Below are positions 28,693 through 38,110 of a DNA stretch of 63,468 bases, piece by piece (the stretch's first letter is position 1; each line of letters starts with the position of its first letter). Below the pieces are notes generated by a model. It was not told the DNA's origin. It saw nothing but the letters and a program-made list of their open reading frames with translations, and made no database searches. The stretch is from NCBI GenBank assembly GCA_040756235.1, contig JBFLZG010000063.1:1-63468 (forward strand). The letters run 5' to 3'. This DNA is from a bacterium (lineage in GTDB: Bacteria; Desulfobacterota; DSWW01). Both the position numbers and the translations under genes were made by a program.

Positions 28693-29877
28693 ATGAGCGA
28701 GAAATTCGGCGTCAAAGTGGACGAGATATTCGACACCATGCCCGACCGTTTCCGCCCGGAAGCCGCACAGGGGGTCAACGCCGCCTTCGGTTACGACATC
28801 GCGGGCCGCGGCAAGTGGAAGCTGACCGTCAAGGACGGCGCCATGAAGATCGCCAGGACCGACGACCTCGCCGGGTGCGTGGCCGTGACCAAGGCGGACC
28901 CGGACACCTTCGTGGGCGTCAACATCGGCAAGGTGGACGGCATGCAGGCCTTCACCACCGGCAAGCTCACCGTGCAAGGCGACCTCAAGGCCCTGGGCAC
29001 GACCACCAAGATGTTCAAGAAGTTCGTGCCCCCGAAGAAAGAGCTCTCCATCCGCGAGTACGTGCTCGACATGTTCGGCACCCTGGAGAAGCGCTTCCAG
29101 CCCAAGGCCGCAGAGGGCCTGGATATCACGGTCGGCTACGACATCTCGGGAAGCGAAGGCGGCCAGTGGACCGCTGCGATCCGCAACGGCACGTGCCAGG
29201 TCACCGAGGGGCTCGCGCCTCGACCGACGCTCAAGCTCTCGGTCAAAGCCAAGGACTGGGTGGAGCTCATGCTGGGCAAGGTGGACGCCATGACCCTGCT
29301 CAGCACGGGCCGGGCGAAGTTCGACGGCGACCTGCAGATCGCCATGAAGCTCGGGCAGATCTTCGCCAAGTACACGCCGCCCGGAGAGGAAGTCAAGGAG
29401 GAGCAGGAGCTGCTGGTCCTGAAGAAGGTCATTTCCATGGATCACCGCTTCGCGACCGGCCCGGTGATGGGCAGGTTCCTCAATGCCCTCAAGAAAAAGA
29501 AGATCCTGGCCAACCGGTGCCCGAAGTGCAAGCGGCTGCAGCTCCCGCCGCGCGAAATCTGTGCCGAGTGCCGGGTGCGGGTGGACGAGTTCGTGGAGGT
29601 GGGGCCCAAGGGGAACGTCCGCATGCTGGAGTACGTCTACTACGCCAGCCCGGACCCTCTTACCGGAAACACCCGCGAGACCCCGTACGGAGTCGCCTAC
29701 ATTCTGCTCGACGGGTGCAAGGGGAACGAAGTCTTTTCCCATTACGTACGACCTGATCAGCTCGACCGCATCCGGATCGGGTGGAACGAGAGGAAGGGGT
29801 CGATCGTGCGGCCGGTCTGGGCCGATGAGCGTACCGGCAGTCTCCACGATATCAAGTACTACGAGTTGGACGAGTGA
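28693..29877 (+). CDS. Tandem SCP2-SCP2 fused to DUF35 Zn-ribbon/OB-fold domain
   Basis: Two repeats of F.PEAA.G....W...AF..GKL.V.GDL, then CPKC...PPREIC.EC and OB-fold. Confidence 0.85.
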   Translation: MSEKFGVKVDEIFDTMPDRFRPEAAQGVNAAFGYDIAGRGKWKLTVKDGAMKIARTDDLAGCVAVTKADPDTFVGVNIGKVDGMQAFTTGKLTVQGDLKALGTTTKMFKKFVPPKKELSIREYVLDMFGTLEKRFQPKAAEGLDITVGYDISGSEGGQWTAAIRNGTCQVTEGLAPRPTLKLSVKAKDWVELMLGKVDAMTLLSTGRAKFDGDLQIAMKLGQIFAKYTPPGEEVKEEQELLVLKKVISMDHRFATGPVMGRFLNALKKKKILANRCPKCKRLQLPPREICAECRVRVDEFVEVGPKGNVRMLEYVYYASPDPLTGNTRETPYGVAYILLDGCKGNEVFSHYVRPDQLDRIRIGWNERKGSIVRPVWADERTGSLHDIKYYELDE

Positions 29878-29888
29878 GGAGTGCAGCC

Positions 29889-30350
29889 ATGAAACCCGGG
29901 CTGGATACCAAAGACAGCTTCATCGTGGACGGAAAGATCGCGCTTCCCTACACGTACTTCGCCGGAAGGGTCGGGAGCAGGTTCCTGACGACCATCCGGG
30001 ACCAGAAGAAGATCATGGGCATCCGGTGCGAGAAGTGCAACCAGGTGTACGTGCCGCCGCGACAGACCTGCGACCTCTGTATGGCCGACATCCGGGAGAA
30101 CTGGGTGGACCTGAAGAACGAGGGCGAGGTCACGAACTTTACCGTGGTGCGATACCGGGACAAGCACCTGCCCAAGAAGCCGCCCTACGTTCTGGCCCTG
30201 ATCCGGCTGGACGGCGCCACCACCTCACTGCCTCACGTGGTGGAGGGCATTGCCCCGGACAAGGTCAGGATGGGGATGCGGGTGCGGGCGGTCTTCGCCA
30301 AGGAGACGACGAACACGATCCTCGACATCGACCACTTCGAGCCGATGTGA
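29889..30350 (+). CDS. DUF35 Zn-ribbon/OB-fold protein
   Basis: CEKC..VYVPPRQTCDLC, PYVLALIRLDGA, GMRVRAVF. Confidence 0.9.
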   Translation: MKPGLDTKDSFIVDGKIALPYTYFAGRVGSRFLTTIRDQKKIMGIRCEKCNQVYVPPRQTCDLCMADIRENWVDLKNEGEVTNFTVVRYRDKHLPKKPPYVLALIRLDGATTSLPHVVEGIAPDKVRMGMRVRAVFAKETTNTILDIDHFEPM

Positions 30351-30538
30351 GGAGGGCGGCGGGACCTGCTTGCACGGGCGCCTCGGCGTCCCTGCCGGGG
30401 CGACGCATGCGTCGCCCCGGAGCCGCTGCGGTGGCCCTCGCGCTCCTCATGCTCCTGGCAGCCGTGCAGCCTCCTCGAAGGCGGCGGACGGACGCGGCGC
30501 CAGCGGCCGCGCGGGCGGAAGGGGAGGTGAGCTCCGAG

Positions 30539-30616
30539 ATGTCCGCCAGCTTCTTCTGGCCCCTGGCGGTGCTGTTGGTCATCGCTATTCTGGTTCGCTA
30601 CGTCTGGTACACCTGA
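30539..30616 (+). CDS. 25-aa hydrophobic small protein MSASFFWPLAVLLVIAILVRYVWYT
   Basis: GGAGGTGA RBS; one TM helix. Confidence 0.45.
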   Translation: MSASFFWPLAVLLVIAILVRYVWYT

Positions 30617-30665
30617 GCAGCAGGGACCGAGAGCGGGGATCCGGCTCCCGATCCTCGACGAGCTT

Positions 30666-30815
30666 CTAGCCTGCTACCACCAGGATCGCCTGGTACATGA
30701 CAGAGACCTGGACCCACGCGATGAGCACGCCCCACACGAAGATGGGAGAGAGGAGCTTGCCCGCCAGGGGGAGCAACCTGCGCAGACGCGGATGTCTGAG
30801 ACTGTGACCGTTCAT
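30666..30815 (-). CDS. 49-aa small membrane protein (MNGHSLRHPR...)
   Basis: AAGGAGG RBS; basic N-terminus plus TM helix; sigma54-like promoter upstream. Confidence 0.55.
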   Translation of the reverse strand: MNGHSLRHPRLRRLLPLAGKLLSPIFVWGVLIAWVQVSVMYQAILVVAG

Positions 30816-30877
30816 CTTGTGCCCTCCTTCTCTGCGTCCTGTCTGGAATGTCCTTCCGTTTTCTGCCTCCACCATGG

Positions 30878-30893
30878 TGCAATCCCCTTGCCA
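30878..30893 (-). promoter_or_regulatory. sigma54 (-24/-12) promoter
   Basis: TGGCAAGGGGATTGCA on the minus strand, one mismatch to consensus. Confidence 0.65.
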
Positions 30894-31180
30894 GCCCCGC
30901 CGGAGGAACCGGCTCGTCATGTTTTCTCGATGATATTCAGCAACTTGCAGGAACGGCGGGGGCACGAAACTGCCGGCTGACCGAAGTTTCGCGCGGGCGT
31001 TCCACCTCTCATTGAGAGAAAGCTTCGCACAATGAGAAGCCGAGGCCCGCCAGGGCCCCTCACGGGAGATTGCGAGGCCCGGAGGGCCGCGGCAACATCC
31101 CGGATGCGGCCTGAGGGCCAGGGAAGGTCCCGCTTCGCTCGGCATTCGGGTCGCCGCGCTCGCGCCTACCGTTCACCTTG

Positions 31181-31337
31181 AGGAACCCGGATGTGCAGAG
31201 GCTCGCTCGCGAGATTCGGCGATTGCCGGAGTCGGTAGGGTGGACAAAGCGAAGCGTGTCCACCATCAGCGAGATCGAGCGTGCCGCCGTGACGCGAACT
31301 GGACGAGCGCCGCAGATGGCCGTTTATCGACAGCCTC
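31181..31337. repeat. Degenerate MITE-like copy 4 with a nested GTAGGGTGGAC REP (31235-31265)
   Basis: Right end CGCCGCAGATGGCCGTTTATCGACAGCCTC; left boundary uncertain. Confidence 0.6.
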
Positions 31338-32304
31338 ATGATACCGGGTGCAGGTCCGGCCGGCAGATCAGGCAGGGCATCAGACCCGCCTCCTTCGCGT
31401 GCTCGCGTGAAGCGATGCGCGTGAAGGGAGCAGCCCCGAACGCGACGATCGCGGGACACGTAGGCAAGCAGTAGGCCCGCACCCCGGGGTAAAGGACGTA
31501 CATGGACCGGACCTGGACGGCTGCCGCGGCGCCTGCCTCTCTTGCTCCGGCCATGGGCACTCCCTCCAGCGACAGGAGCCGCTGCTTGAGGCCGATCTTG
31601 TTGCCGGCATACCCGGTCAGAGCGCCCGAGCTTCCGACTACGCGGTGGCAGGGAATGACGATCGGCAGCGGGTTCCAGCGCAAGGCCTGGGCGACGGCCC
31701 GGACCGCCGACACCCTGCCGAGCTCCCGGGCGAGCCCGGCGTAGGACGCGACGGCTCCATAGGGAAGTGCCGCCGTGGCTTGCAGAACGGAGCGCTGGAA
31801 ATCGCTCCGCGCCAGGCGCAAGTCCAGCGGCCAATCGAGCCGCCGCAGGCGGCCATGCAGGTAATCCAGCAAATCCCTGTAGGCCATGTCCAGGTCCGCT
31901 CCGCCCGGGACCCACTCGACCTCCGGCTCGCGGCGCAGGCGTGAGGCCTTCTTGCCGCGATCCAGGTACTGGACCGCGGCGATCCCCAGCTCGGATCGCG
32001 CGATCAGGATGCGGCCGAGCGGGGACGGGAAGATTCGGTACCTGAGCAGGCGCTGCTTGAGATCCGCCAGGCGCGTTTCCAGCCGCTTGCGCGCCTCGGT
32101 CACGAGCCCGTCCGGGAGCGGCTCGCCGCGCAGGGCAGCCGCGGTGCTGTCCACCGTGCGATACCCTTCGAGCTCCCCCCGGCAGGGGCTGCAAACCGCC
32201 ACGTGCTGCTCCACGCGCCGTTGCGCATCCTGGGATGCTTCCCCGATGGCAGCGGCGAGCAGGTCATCTGCGATCTCGACGCAGCTTGCTGGCTTGGTGC
32301 TCAT
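31336..32304 (-). CDS. ogt: Fusion of zf-HC2 anti-sigma domain, O6-methylguanine-DNA methyltransferase and Ada-type Zn domain
   Basis: HVAVCSPC (HxxxCxxC); RAVAQAL..NPLPIVIPCHRV; C-terminal YCLPTC...GLMPCLICRP. Confidence 0.85.
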   Translation of the reverse strand: MSTKPASCVEIADDLLAAAIGEASQDAQRRVEQHVAVCSPCRGELEGYRTVDSTAAALRGEPLPDGLVTEARKRLETRLADLKQRLLRYRIFPSPLGRILIARSELGIAAVQYLDRGKKASRLRREPEVEWVPGGADLDMAYRDLLDYLHGRLRRLDWPLDLRLARSDFQRSVLQATAALPYGAVASYAGLARELGRVSAVRAVAQALRWNPLPIVIPCHRVVGSSGALTGYAGNKIGLKQRLLSLEGVPMAGAREAGAAAAVQVRSMYVLYPGVRAYCLPTCPAIVAFGAAPFTRIASREHAKEAGLMPCLICRPDLHPVS

Positions 32305-32846
32305 GCTTGCCCTCCGGGAACAACCCCGTGACTGTCCAGGCCCTGCCGGATCTTGCGCAGTGCCTGGAACACGTGTGCCCGGGCGCTCTCGGCCGAACAG
32401 CCCAGGCTCTTGCCGATGACCTCGTAATCCATGTCGTGAAGCTTTCGTTGCGTGAACGCCACGCGCTGCTTGAGCGGCAGGCTGCGGACGATCCTCTCCA
32501 CCAGGCGGCCGGTCTCGTGTGCGGCCAGCTCGGACTCCGAAGCCGCAAGCTCGGCCGCCCCCCTGGCCGCGGTTTCCGCTGCGCCGTAGGCCCTCCTGCG
32601 ACGCGTCTCCGAACGGAAGTGGTTCTTCGCCAGATTGGTTGCGATGGAAAACAACCAGGCCCGCATGTTCGCGTCCTTCGACAGCGCCCCGTAGGCCCGA
32701 TAGGCCCGCAGAAACGTCTCCTGGGCCAGGTCCTCCGCGTCATCGGCAGGTCCGATCACGCGCCGGAGATAGCGAAGGATCTCTTCATGATGCGCCGCAA
32801 CCACGGCGTCGAACTCACCCTGGCTCATCACTCTGTATGACACCAC
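32301..32846 (-). CDS. ECF RNA polymerase sigma-70 factor
   Basis: DAEDLAQETFLRAY, AWLFSIATN, LP..QR..F......YE.I...LG.S....R region 4; ATGA overlap with the ogt fusion; start within 32828-32846. Confidence 0.9.
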   Translation of the reverse strand: MVSYRVMSQGEFDAVVAAHHEEILRYLRRVIGPADDAEDLAQETFLRAYRAYGALSKDANMRAWLFSIATNLAKNHFRSETRRRRAYGAAETAARGAAELAASESELAAHETGRLVERIVRSLPLKQRVAFTQRKLHDMDYEVIGKSLGCSAESARAHVFQALRKIRQGLDSHGVVPGGQA

Positions 32847-33157
32847 GGCCCTCCCGGTGTGAAATGAACCGGCGTTCGAGGCGTCCTCAGAAACACCCGT
32901 GCCCTACGGACGGATGATCCAAGAAGTCTACTAGAGGCGACCCTTGAAATGGTAGCGAGAAATCATAGTGGCATCCATGTGGCGGCGACGGACCCGGCCG
33001 GACGATGCGGCGGGCAGTCGCCCGGGGAAATCGCACGGCAGCCACGTTGCCGATTTCACGGAAACCTTCTTGCGGGGTCTCACAAGGCAAATGGGGAGAG
33101 CAGGAGGCAGGCAGAGGCAGCCTCCATGGACATAGACGTAAAGAGGAGAACAGGGTC

Positions 33158-33364
33158 ATGCAAACCGATGGCAACGTCATTCGAGAGCACTGGATTCCCT
33201 CGCCCGCACGTCTGTGGGATGAAATCAAGGACTGGACGCGCAAGCACGCAACGAGAGAACAGGTCTTCGACGCCGCGCTCGCGGCGGCAACGTTGGGATC
33301 GAGCGGCTTCGTTCTGCTCGTCCTGCAGAAGGCCGCGCAGAGTTACACCATGACCGGGTTCTAG
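33158..33364 (+). CDS. 68-aa hypothetical protein with one hydrophobic segment
   Basis: GAGGAG RBS before MQTDGN. Confidence 0.5.
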   Translation: MQTDGNVIREHWIPSPARLWDEIKDWTRKHATREQVFDAALAAATLGSSGFVLLVLQKAAQSYTMTGF

Positions 33365-33629
33365 CGCGGGCTGTTGATCCGCTCTTTCCGTCACCCCGCC
33401 GCATGAGGATGTCATGATCCGTCATCCCGGCCCGTCTGCGAAGCGCGTGCGAGCGGGGATCCAGGAGTCTGGTACAGCAATCGCCTGGAATCAGAGGGGA
33501 AAGGTCACGATCAGGGTGCATATGCGCCTGTTTCCCCCTCACTAACCCTCTCCCCCGTGCATGGGGGAGAGGGGATTCACTTCTTGACGACCTCCAGATG
33601 GCGGGTAGAAACGCCGGCAGGCTCACCGG

Positions 33630-36600
33630 CTACTTGAACTTCAGGGGCTCCTGGGCGAGAGCGCTCAATTTGCCGCGCACCCTCGCCACATCGCGCTGCT
33701 TGCCGAGCCGGGTCCAGATGGCGAGCGCCTCGCCGTAGCGCTTCATTCCTTCGTAGGCCCTCGCGATCCCCTGCTGATCGCCGACCTGCCGGTAGCAACG
33801 CAGGGCGTCCTCGTAGAGCTTGCCTTCGCGATAGTCCTTGCCCGCCCCGGCGAGCTCGCCGGCCTCTTCTTGGATCGAGCCCGCCAGCATGTAATCACGG
33901 TAGCGGCGGCAGGTCCGGACGGCCAGCTCCAAGCGTCCCCTGCCGGCCAGATGCTCGACCGCCTTGCCGTAATGCAGCGCGCTTCCCGCGAACAGCTCGA
34001 AGTTCGTGTCGGTCACGGCAAGGCCCTCCAGGAGAGCATCGAACCTCGCTGGTTCGCGGACACGACAGCAACAGGCCAGCAGGCCCCGGTCGTCGCAGGC
34101 CTCCCCTTCCTTCCGGACGGCCTCTACAAAGGAGCGAATCCTCGGGGAAGGGTTCCTGTGAGACGCCTCCGAAATCGCCAGGAAAATCGTGTTGTAGCTT
34201 CTGCGCTCGAGGGCGAGGTCGAAAAAGGAGTCGGGGAGTCTCTTTTCGTCGCAATACGGGTATGAGATCCGCCTCAGGAAATTCTCGGCGAGCCCGATCG
34301 TCTTCAGATCCTCCCGGTTGGCACGAAGACGTAGCCGCAGCAACCGGATGACGATGTCGACGAACTCTCTCCCCTCCGGCATGAACTGCATCTCCAGCGT
34401 GAATACGCTCTCGGCGAGCCGGGCCGGCATGCCTGCGGAGACCTCGAAATGGCCGGCATCCTCCAGATAGCGAAGGCCCTCCGCCGGCAGACGATTGTAG
34501 AAGAAATGGTAGATCGCATCCTCGTGCCGCCCCAGTGTACGGCAGGCCCGGCTTACCGCCTCCGGATAGTTCAGGACCATGTAGCGAACGAGAGCATTTT
34601 CCACTGCGCCCGCCTGGAACATGTCGTCGGCTTCCCGGCACAGCCGGTCCGCCGGCGTCTCGGTAAGGCGCCGGCCCTGCTGCGGCGTGACACCGCTCCG
34701 GGCCTCTCTGGCCCGAAGGTCGTTCGTAAGGAGATGCCGGATTCGGACCCAGTCCTTCTCGCCCTGGGCCCTTTCCAGCTCGAGGGCCGCCTCGCGCCAT
34801 CTCCCTGTCTTCTCGAAGACCTCGGCCAGGGCGAGGTGGTTGTCAACGCTCCGGTATTCCATGATCGCCCGGTCATGGAGCCCTTTCTTCGCGTAGATCG
34901 GAGCCGACTTTTCGAAAAGGGAAAGGGACGAGTACCTCATCGCCGAGCTCAGGGGGTTCTGTCTTTCTTTGCGTTGCGCTTCGGCGAGCAGCAGGCTGCG
35001 GTTCCCGTCCGCCGCCTCGGCAAACCTGCGGAAGCTCTCGATCGCCTCATCGAGCCGCTTGGCCTTCTCGTAGAGGAGTCCGGCGGCATGATGGTCCCCG
35101 AGAGCCCGGTAGCACTCGAGAAGACGCTCCGGCCGCTTGAGGCTCTTGTATAGGGCAGCGGCGCTCCGATAGTCCCCGGCCTTGAGGTGGCAGTCGGCGG
35201 CCTCCGAGCGTTTGCCCGCTTTGCGATAGCAGGACGCCGCAGTCCCGTATTCCTTTGCGCGCGCGAAGGCCTCGGCCGCTTTGCCGTAATGCTTTCGTGC
35301 CAGGTGATAGCGCGCGATTCTTCCGTGGCTGCCCGCCTTCTCCCAGTTCTCCAGCGCCTTCTCGCTCCTGCCGAGCTTCTCCCACTCCTCGGCCGCCCGT
35401 TCATAGGCGCCCTCCTGCTCGTAACCCAGAATCCTGCAAGTCAGGGCGCGCGCTCCTTCGCCAAGGGCCTGCCACAGATCCGAGGCCGGACCGTAAAGCC
35501 CGGCCTTCTCGTAGTTCTCGGCCGCACGGTCCCGGATTCCGTGCAGCTCGAACAGTTGCGCGGCTTCCGCGTGGCGCCGCCCTGCCTCGAGTGCAAAGGC
35601 CTCCGCGATCTCCGCCTTCTCCGTGTTGTTCGCGTTCTTGTAGCACTCCACGGCGGCCGGGTAGTGCCGGCGCTCGAGAAAATAGTCGCCCTGGCTCTCC
35701 CACTCCGCCGGGGTGGAGACCCGCTGCCAGACCTCGGCCAGAGCGCCCTTCTCGCAGGAGCGGTAAAGCATGTCCTGAAAGCGCTCCAAACCCCAGACGT
35801 TCCCCGGAGTCGGTCCGTCGTAGATGACGAGCGTGTTGCGCGCCCGCGTGACCGCCACGTAGAGCAAGCTCAGCTCATGGCGCACGTGCGGACGACGGCC
35901 CGGATCCAGCCCCTCGCCGCTCCCGATCTTCCTCCAGAGATCCGCGGCCTTCCGGTCCTGCGACAAGTTCCACAGGAGGACCGAATCGAATTCCAGCCCC
36001 TTGGCCTCGGAGATCGTGAAGACCAGCTCGGTGCCGAGCAGGCGCTTGAGCTTCTGCTGCTCCTCGCGGCTCCGGGTGAGCACGATCTGTCCGGCGCCGG
36101 TGAGGCGGACGTTTTCCAGGAGGTCTGCTTCCGGAACGCCGTAGATGAGCACCGGCGGCTTGCCGCTGAACTTCCAGTCTTCGCGGATCTCGGTGTCGGA
36201 GAGGCCGACGAGCTCCTGCTTGAGGTCGAGCAGGGCGTTGGCGAGCTTCACGATGCTGCCGACGCAGCGGAAGTTCAGGTTGAGCCGGAGCACCTCCGGG
36301 ACCGCCATCCCGCGGTCGTAGAACTTGCTCTTGACTTCCTCCCACCGGAACCCGCTCGGGTTGATGATCTGCTTGGCGTCTCCTGCCAGCACCAGGCTGC
36401 GGCCGTCCCGGGCCAGCCGGAAGATGAGCGCGAGCTGGACGTCCGAGAAATCCTGGACCTCGTCGCAGACGACCAGGTCGTAGCGGAACCGATCCGCAGA
36501 GTTGCCGAGGACCTGCAGGGCCCCCTTGCACAGATCGATCTCGTCCCAGAGTCCCTGTGCTTCCAGCTTCTCCTGGTAGAACTGCGCAACCGAGTAGATC

Positions 36601-37895
36601 TCCTCGCGGTCGTAGACGAAATTGGGCGCGCGCTTCCTCCCCAGGGTCACGTATTCCCGCAGGGTGAGCAGCGGCTCGGTGATGGCGGCGGCCTTCTTCT
36701 CGAGAACCCTCAGGATCTCCTCGAGGACGGACGGAACGGAGCCCCGCGCCGGCGCGGGGGCGCCGGATTCCAGGGCGAGCAGAAATTCTTCGTAGGAGCG
36801 GTACCCGGCCTTTACGGCGACAAGCCTCTCGATTTTCTCCATGATTTCGAGGTGCCGGATCCCGAGCAGGATTTCCTTGAGCTCGTTGCGGCCGGCGCGC
36901 GACGATCCCTCGCCGAGGGCCTGACGGACGAGCCTCCGGAACCGGTCCACCGAGACGGGCGGCTTGGCGCCCTTGATGATGGAGCGGATTTCCTCCCACA
37001 CCAGCTCGGCATCGTACTTCCTGTGGAGCCTGTGCTGGCGGAAGATCTCCTCGAATTCCCGGAAGCCCGCCTCCTTGCCCGGCGCGTATCTTGCGCTCCG
37101 CCCCTCGAGGATGCCGAGCAAGAGCTCCCGAAAAACGAGAAAGTCCGGCCTTGCTTCGGCCTTCTCGTGCTTCGTGTAGCGGACGAGGCCGTCGTAGATC
37201 CGCTCGGAGAAGCGCTTCAGGTAAGGGCTGTAAGTCAGAAAGAGACACCTGGCGCCCCGGAAGCTCTTTCCCAGGAGGTAATAGACCGCGATCGTGGTCT
37301 TGCCGCTTCCGGCAGTGCCGGCGAGCAGGACCGGGGGCTCGCGGCCGAGGACCTCCTGCTGGGCAGGGGTCAGAAAGAGGAAGATCTCCATGCCGTCCGG
37401 GTCCGTGGCGAGGAGAATGCGCTTCCATTCCTCGGGCCGGAGGACGAGCCACTTCTGCGGGCCATGGTCGTCAGGGGATTTCTCGGCGATATCTTCGGTA
37501 GTGAAGTAGTCTGCAGGCAGCTCGTCCAGGCTGACCTCGGCCAGATCCTGCTGGGCCATCGGCTCGAAGTGCAGGAACGGCGCGTTCTGCGGCAGGATCT
37601 TGTGCGCCTCGGCCTGCACCTCCTCGTGGGTGACGACCCCCCACACGTAGACGGCGGTCCTGCCCGCGTGGTTCCCGAGGGTGAACAGGATCCGTTCGCT
37701 GCCGGTGGCGCGGGCTTCGAAAACCACCTTGTCCGAGATCCCCTTGAGCTTCTTCACCCTGACGCCTGAGTCCCAGAGCCCGTTCTCGAGGAACTCGAAC
37801 TTCTCGCGCAGCCTGCGCTTCTGGCGGCCGGCCAGTCCGACCAGGTGCGCCTTGACGGCTGCGTTCAGGAGCAGGATGTACTGCCGGTCAGACAT
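33630..37895 (-). CDS. RelE/ParE-like N-domain + UvrD-like SF1 helicase + long TPR-like repeat region (about 1421 aa)
   Basis: GTAGSGKTT, CDEVQDF, AGDAKQ, NFRC, AKGLEFD, LYVAVTRAR; repeated AAE.YEKAG helices; start MSDRQ. Confidence 0.85.
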   Translation of the reverse strand: MSDRQYILLLNAAVKAHLVGLAGRQKRRLREKFEFLENGLWDSGVRVKKLKGISDKVVFEARATGSERILFTLGNHAGRTAVYVWGVVTHEEVQAEAHKILPQNAPFLHFEPMAQQDLAEVSLDELPADYFTTEDIAEKSPDDHGPQKWLVLRPEEWKRILLATDPDGMEIFLFLTPAQQEVLGREPPVLLAGTAGSGKTTIAVYYLLGKSFRGARCLFLTYSPYLKRFSERIYDGLVRYTKHEKAEARPDFLVFRELLLGILEGRSARYAPGKEAGFREFEEIFRQHRLHRKYDAELVWEEIRSIIKGAKPPVSVDRFRRLVRQALGEGSSRAGRNELKEILLGIRHLEIMEKIERLVAVKAGYRSYEEFLLALESGAPAPARGSVPSVLEEILRVLEKKAAAITEPLLTLREYVTLGRKRAPNFVYDREEIYSVAQFYQEKLEAQGLWDEIDLCKGALQVLGNSADRFRYDLVVCDEVQDFSDVQLALIFRLARDGRSLVLAGDAKQIINPSGFRWEEVKSKFYDRGMAVPEVLRLNLNFRCVGSIVKLANALLDLKQELVGLSDTEIREDWKFSGKPPVLIYGVPEADLLENVRLTGAGQIVLTRSREEQQKLKRLLGTELVFTISEAKGLEFDSVLLWNLSQDRKAADLWRKIGSGEGLDPGRRPHVRHELSLLYVAVTRARNTLVIYDGPTPGNVWGLERFQDMLYRSCEKGALAEVWQRVSTPAEWESQGDYFLERRHYPAAVECYKNANNTEKAEIAEAFALEAGRRHAEAAQLFELHGIRDRAAENYEKAGLYGPASDLWQALGEGARALTCRILGYEQEGAYERAAEEWEKLGRSEKALENWEKAGSHGRIARYHLARKHYGKAAEAFARAKEYGTAASCYRKAGKRSEAADCHLKAGDYRSAAALYKSLKRPERLLECYRALGDHHAAGLLYEKAKRLDEAIESFRRFAEAADGNRSLLLAEAQRKERQNPLSSAMRYSSLSLFEKSAPIYAKKGLHDRAIMEYRSVDNHLALAEVFEKTGRWREAALELERAQGEKDWVRIRHLLTNDLRAREARSGVTPQQGRRLTETPADRLCREADDMFQAGAVENALVRYMVLNYPEAVSRACRTLGRHEDAIYHFFYNRLPAEGLRYLEDAGHFEVSAGMPARLAESVFTLEMQFMPEGREFVDIVIRLLRLRLRANREDLKTIGLAENFLRRISYPYCDEKRLPDSFFDLALERRSYNTIFLAISEASHRNPSPRIRSFVEAVRKEGEACDDRGLLACCCRVREPARFDALLEGLAVTDTNFELFAGSALHYGKAVEHLAGRGRLELAVRTCRRYRDYMLAGSIQEEAGELAGAGKDYREGKLYEDALRCYRQVGDQQGIARAYEGMKRYGEALAIWTRLGKQRDVARVRGKLSALAQEPLKFK

Positions 37896-38014
37896 CGGGC
37901 CCTTTTCTGTTTTCCGCTCTCGAGGGGATTTCCGCCCATTATCCGGAAGCTCGTGGCGAGCGCAAGGCGTTGGGTGGGGCCGGCGGTTCACCGAGAATTG
38001 AGAGGACCGTCTTG

Positions 38015-38110
38015 CTATCGCAGGTATGCGGCCGGAAGCTCCTCCAGGCTGACTTCGGCCAGCTCCTCCTCGTACTTGACGGCCCCCCAATATTCGTCTG
38101 GTTCAGCCAC
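38015..38110 (-). CDS. 31-aa acidic peptide resembling part of the downstream helicase N-terminus
   Basis: GTG start 6 nt after GGAGG; (M)AEPDEYWGAVKYEEELAEVSLEELPAAYLR. Confidence 0.55.
   Translation of the reverse strand: MAEPDEYWGAVKYEEELAEVSLEELPAAYLR

Noticed and set aside
30407..30538. Signal-peptide-like N-terminal extension of the 25-aa ORF (MRRPGAAAV...)
   Set aside because: Its ATG lies inside a REP palindrome; the better RBS precedes 30539
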